Shown here: positions 63,267-64,000 of the stretch, piece after piece
Layout of the letters: the number at the start of each line of letters is the position of its first letter
Position numbering within the stretch: position 1 is the first letter of the stretch
Assembly: GCF_009914755.1 (NCBI RefSeq)
Contig: NC_060934.1
Source: the human T2T-CHM13v2.0 reference genome, Homo sapiens
Direction: 5' to 3' (one strand)
Length of the DNA: 64,000 nucleotides
Translations under genes and position numbers: made by a program
The notes under the pieces: generated by a model
Told to the model about the DNA's origin: nothing
Database searches by the model: none
The model's input: only the letters and a program-made list of their open reading frames with translations

Positions 63267-63996
63267 TGGTTATCCCTTGGTATCTGCTGGGGATTGGTTC
63301 TAGAATCTCCTGCAAATACCAAACACCATTGGATGCTTGTATTTGTCCATTTCACACTGCTGTAAAAATACTACCTGAGACTGGATAATTCATTTAAAAA
63401 GAAGGTTTAATTGACTCACAGTTCTGCATTGATGGAGAGGCCTCAGGAGATTTAAAATCATGGTGGAAGGTGAAGGGAAAGCAAGGCACATCTTACCTGG
63501 CGGCAGGAGAGAGAGAGAAGGCAAAAGGGGGAACTGTCGAACACTTTTAAAACCATCAGCTCTCCTGAGAACTCACTCACTATCACAAGAACAGCATGGA
63601 GGAGCCATCCCTATGATCCAGTCACCTCCCCACCAGGACCCTCCCCGGACATGTAGGGATTACAATTTGAGATGAGATTTGGGTGGGGACGTAGAGCCAA
63701 ACCATTATCAATGCTTAAGTCCCTGATATAAAATGACGTAATATTAGCATAAAACCTACACACATCTTCTCATATTCTTTAAATCCTCTCTAGATTACTT
63801 ATAATATCTAATACAATGTAAATGCTGTGTAAATAGTTGTTATGCTGTATTGTTTAGGGAATATGACAAGAAAAACAGTGCACATGTTCAGCACAGATGA
63901 ATTTTTTAAAAATATTTTCTATCCACAGTTGTCTGCAGTTAGAAAGCATTAAAAAAATCCACAAATGCGGAACCCTCAACTATGGAGTGCCAACTG
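63267..63996 (+). mobile_element. MER2-type Tigger MITE split by an MSTA LTR
   Basis: cccttggtatctgctggggattggttc...gatgct | taagtccctgatataaaatg...gccaactg. Confidence 0.88.
63338..63710 (-). mobile_element. MSTA-type MaLR solo LTR
   Basis: TG...CA termini. Perfect 5-bp TSD atgct at 63333-37 and 63711-15. Confidence 0.93.
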
Positions 63997-64000
63997 AATG

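Overview
This is primate (most likely human or great ape) nuclear DNA: AT-rich, CpG-depleted, with no CpG island. It reads as intergenic or deep-intronic sequence. I can support no host protein-coding exon, RNA gene, CRISPR array or prokaryotic system. The recognisable supplied ORFs derive from Alu, L1, LTR, Tigger2 or microsatellite sequence, and the rest show no motif I recognise. The window is a layered transposon landscape: about 11 Alus/FLAM, MIR/L2, old L1M, ERVL/MaLR/ERV1 LTRs, a THE1 provirus, a near-complete Tigger2, several hAT/MER elements and a MADE1, with several repeat-free islands between them. The strongest observations are four. (1) An L1PA4-like insertion at 58127-59306 shows both a twin-priming 5' inversion and a ~63-bp 3' transduction with its own AATAAA and second poly(A). 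(2) A perfect 129-bp copy of an ancient LTR/L1 junction (23618-23746) is pasted 1601 bp downstream (25219-25347), most likely a recent templated insertion. (3) A THE1 provirus has DUX4-type motifs in both LTRs and a truncated 3' LTR. (4) There is a strong CTCF-like motif at 47526-47545 and a G5-tract quadruplex motif at 21530-21557. I did not find a new biological system. Repeat subfamily names come from recalled consensus sequences, not from a database search.
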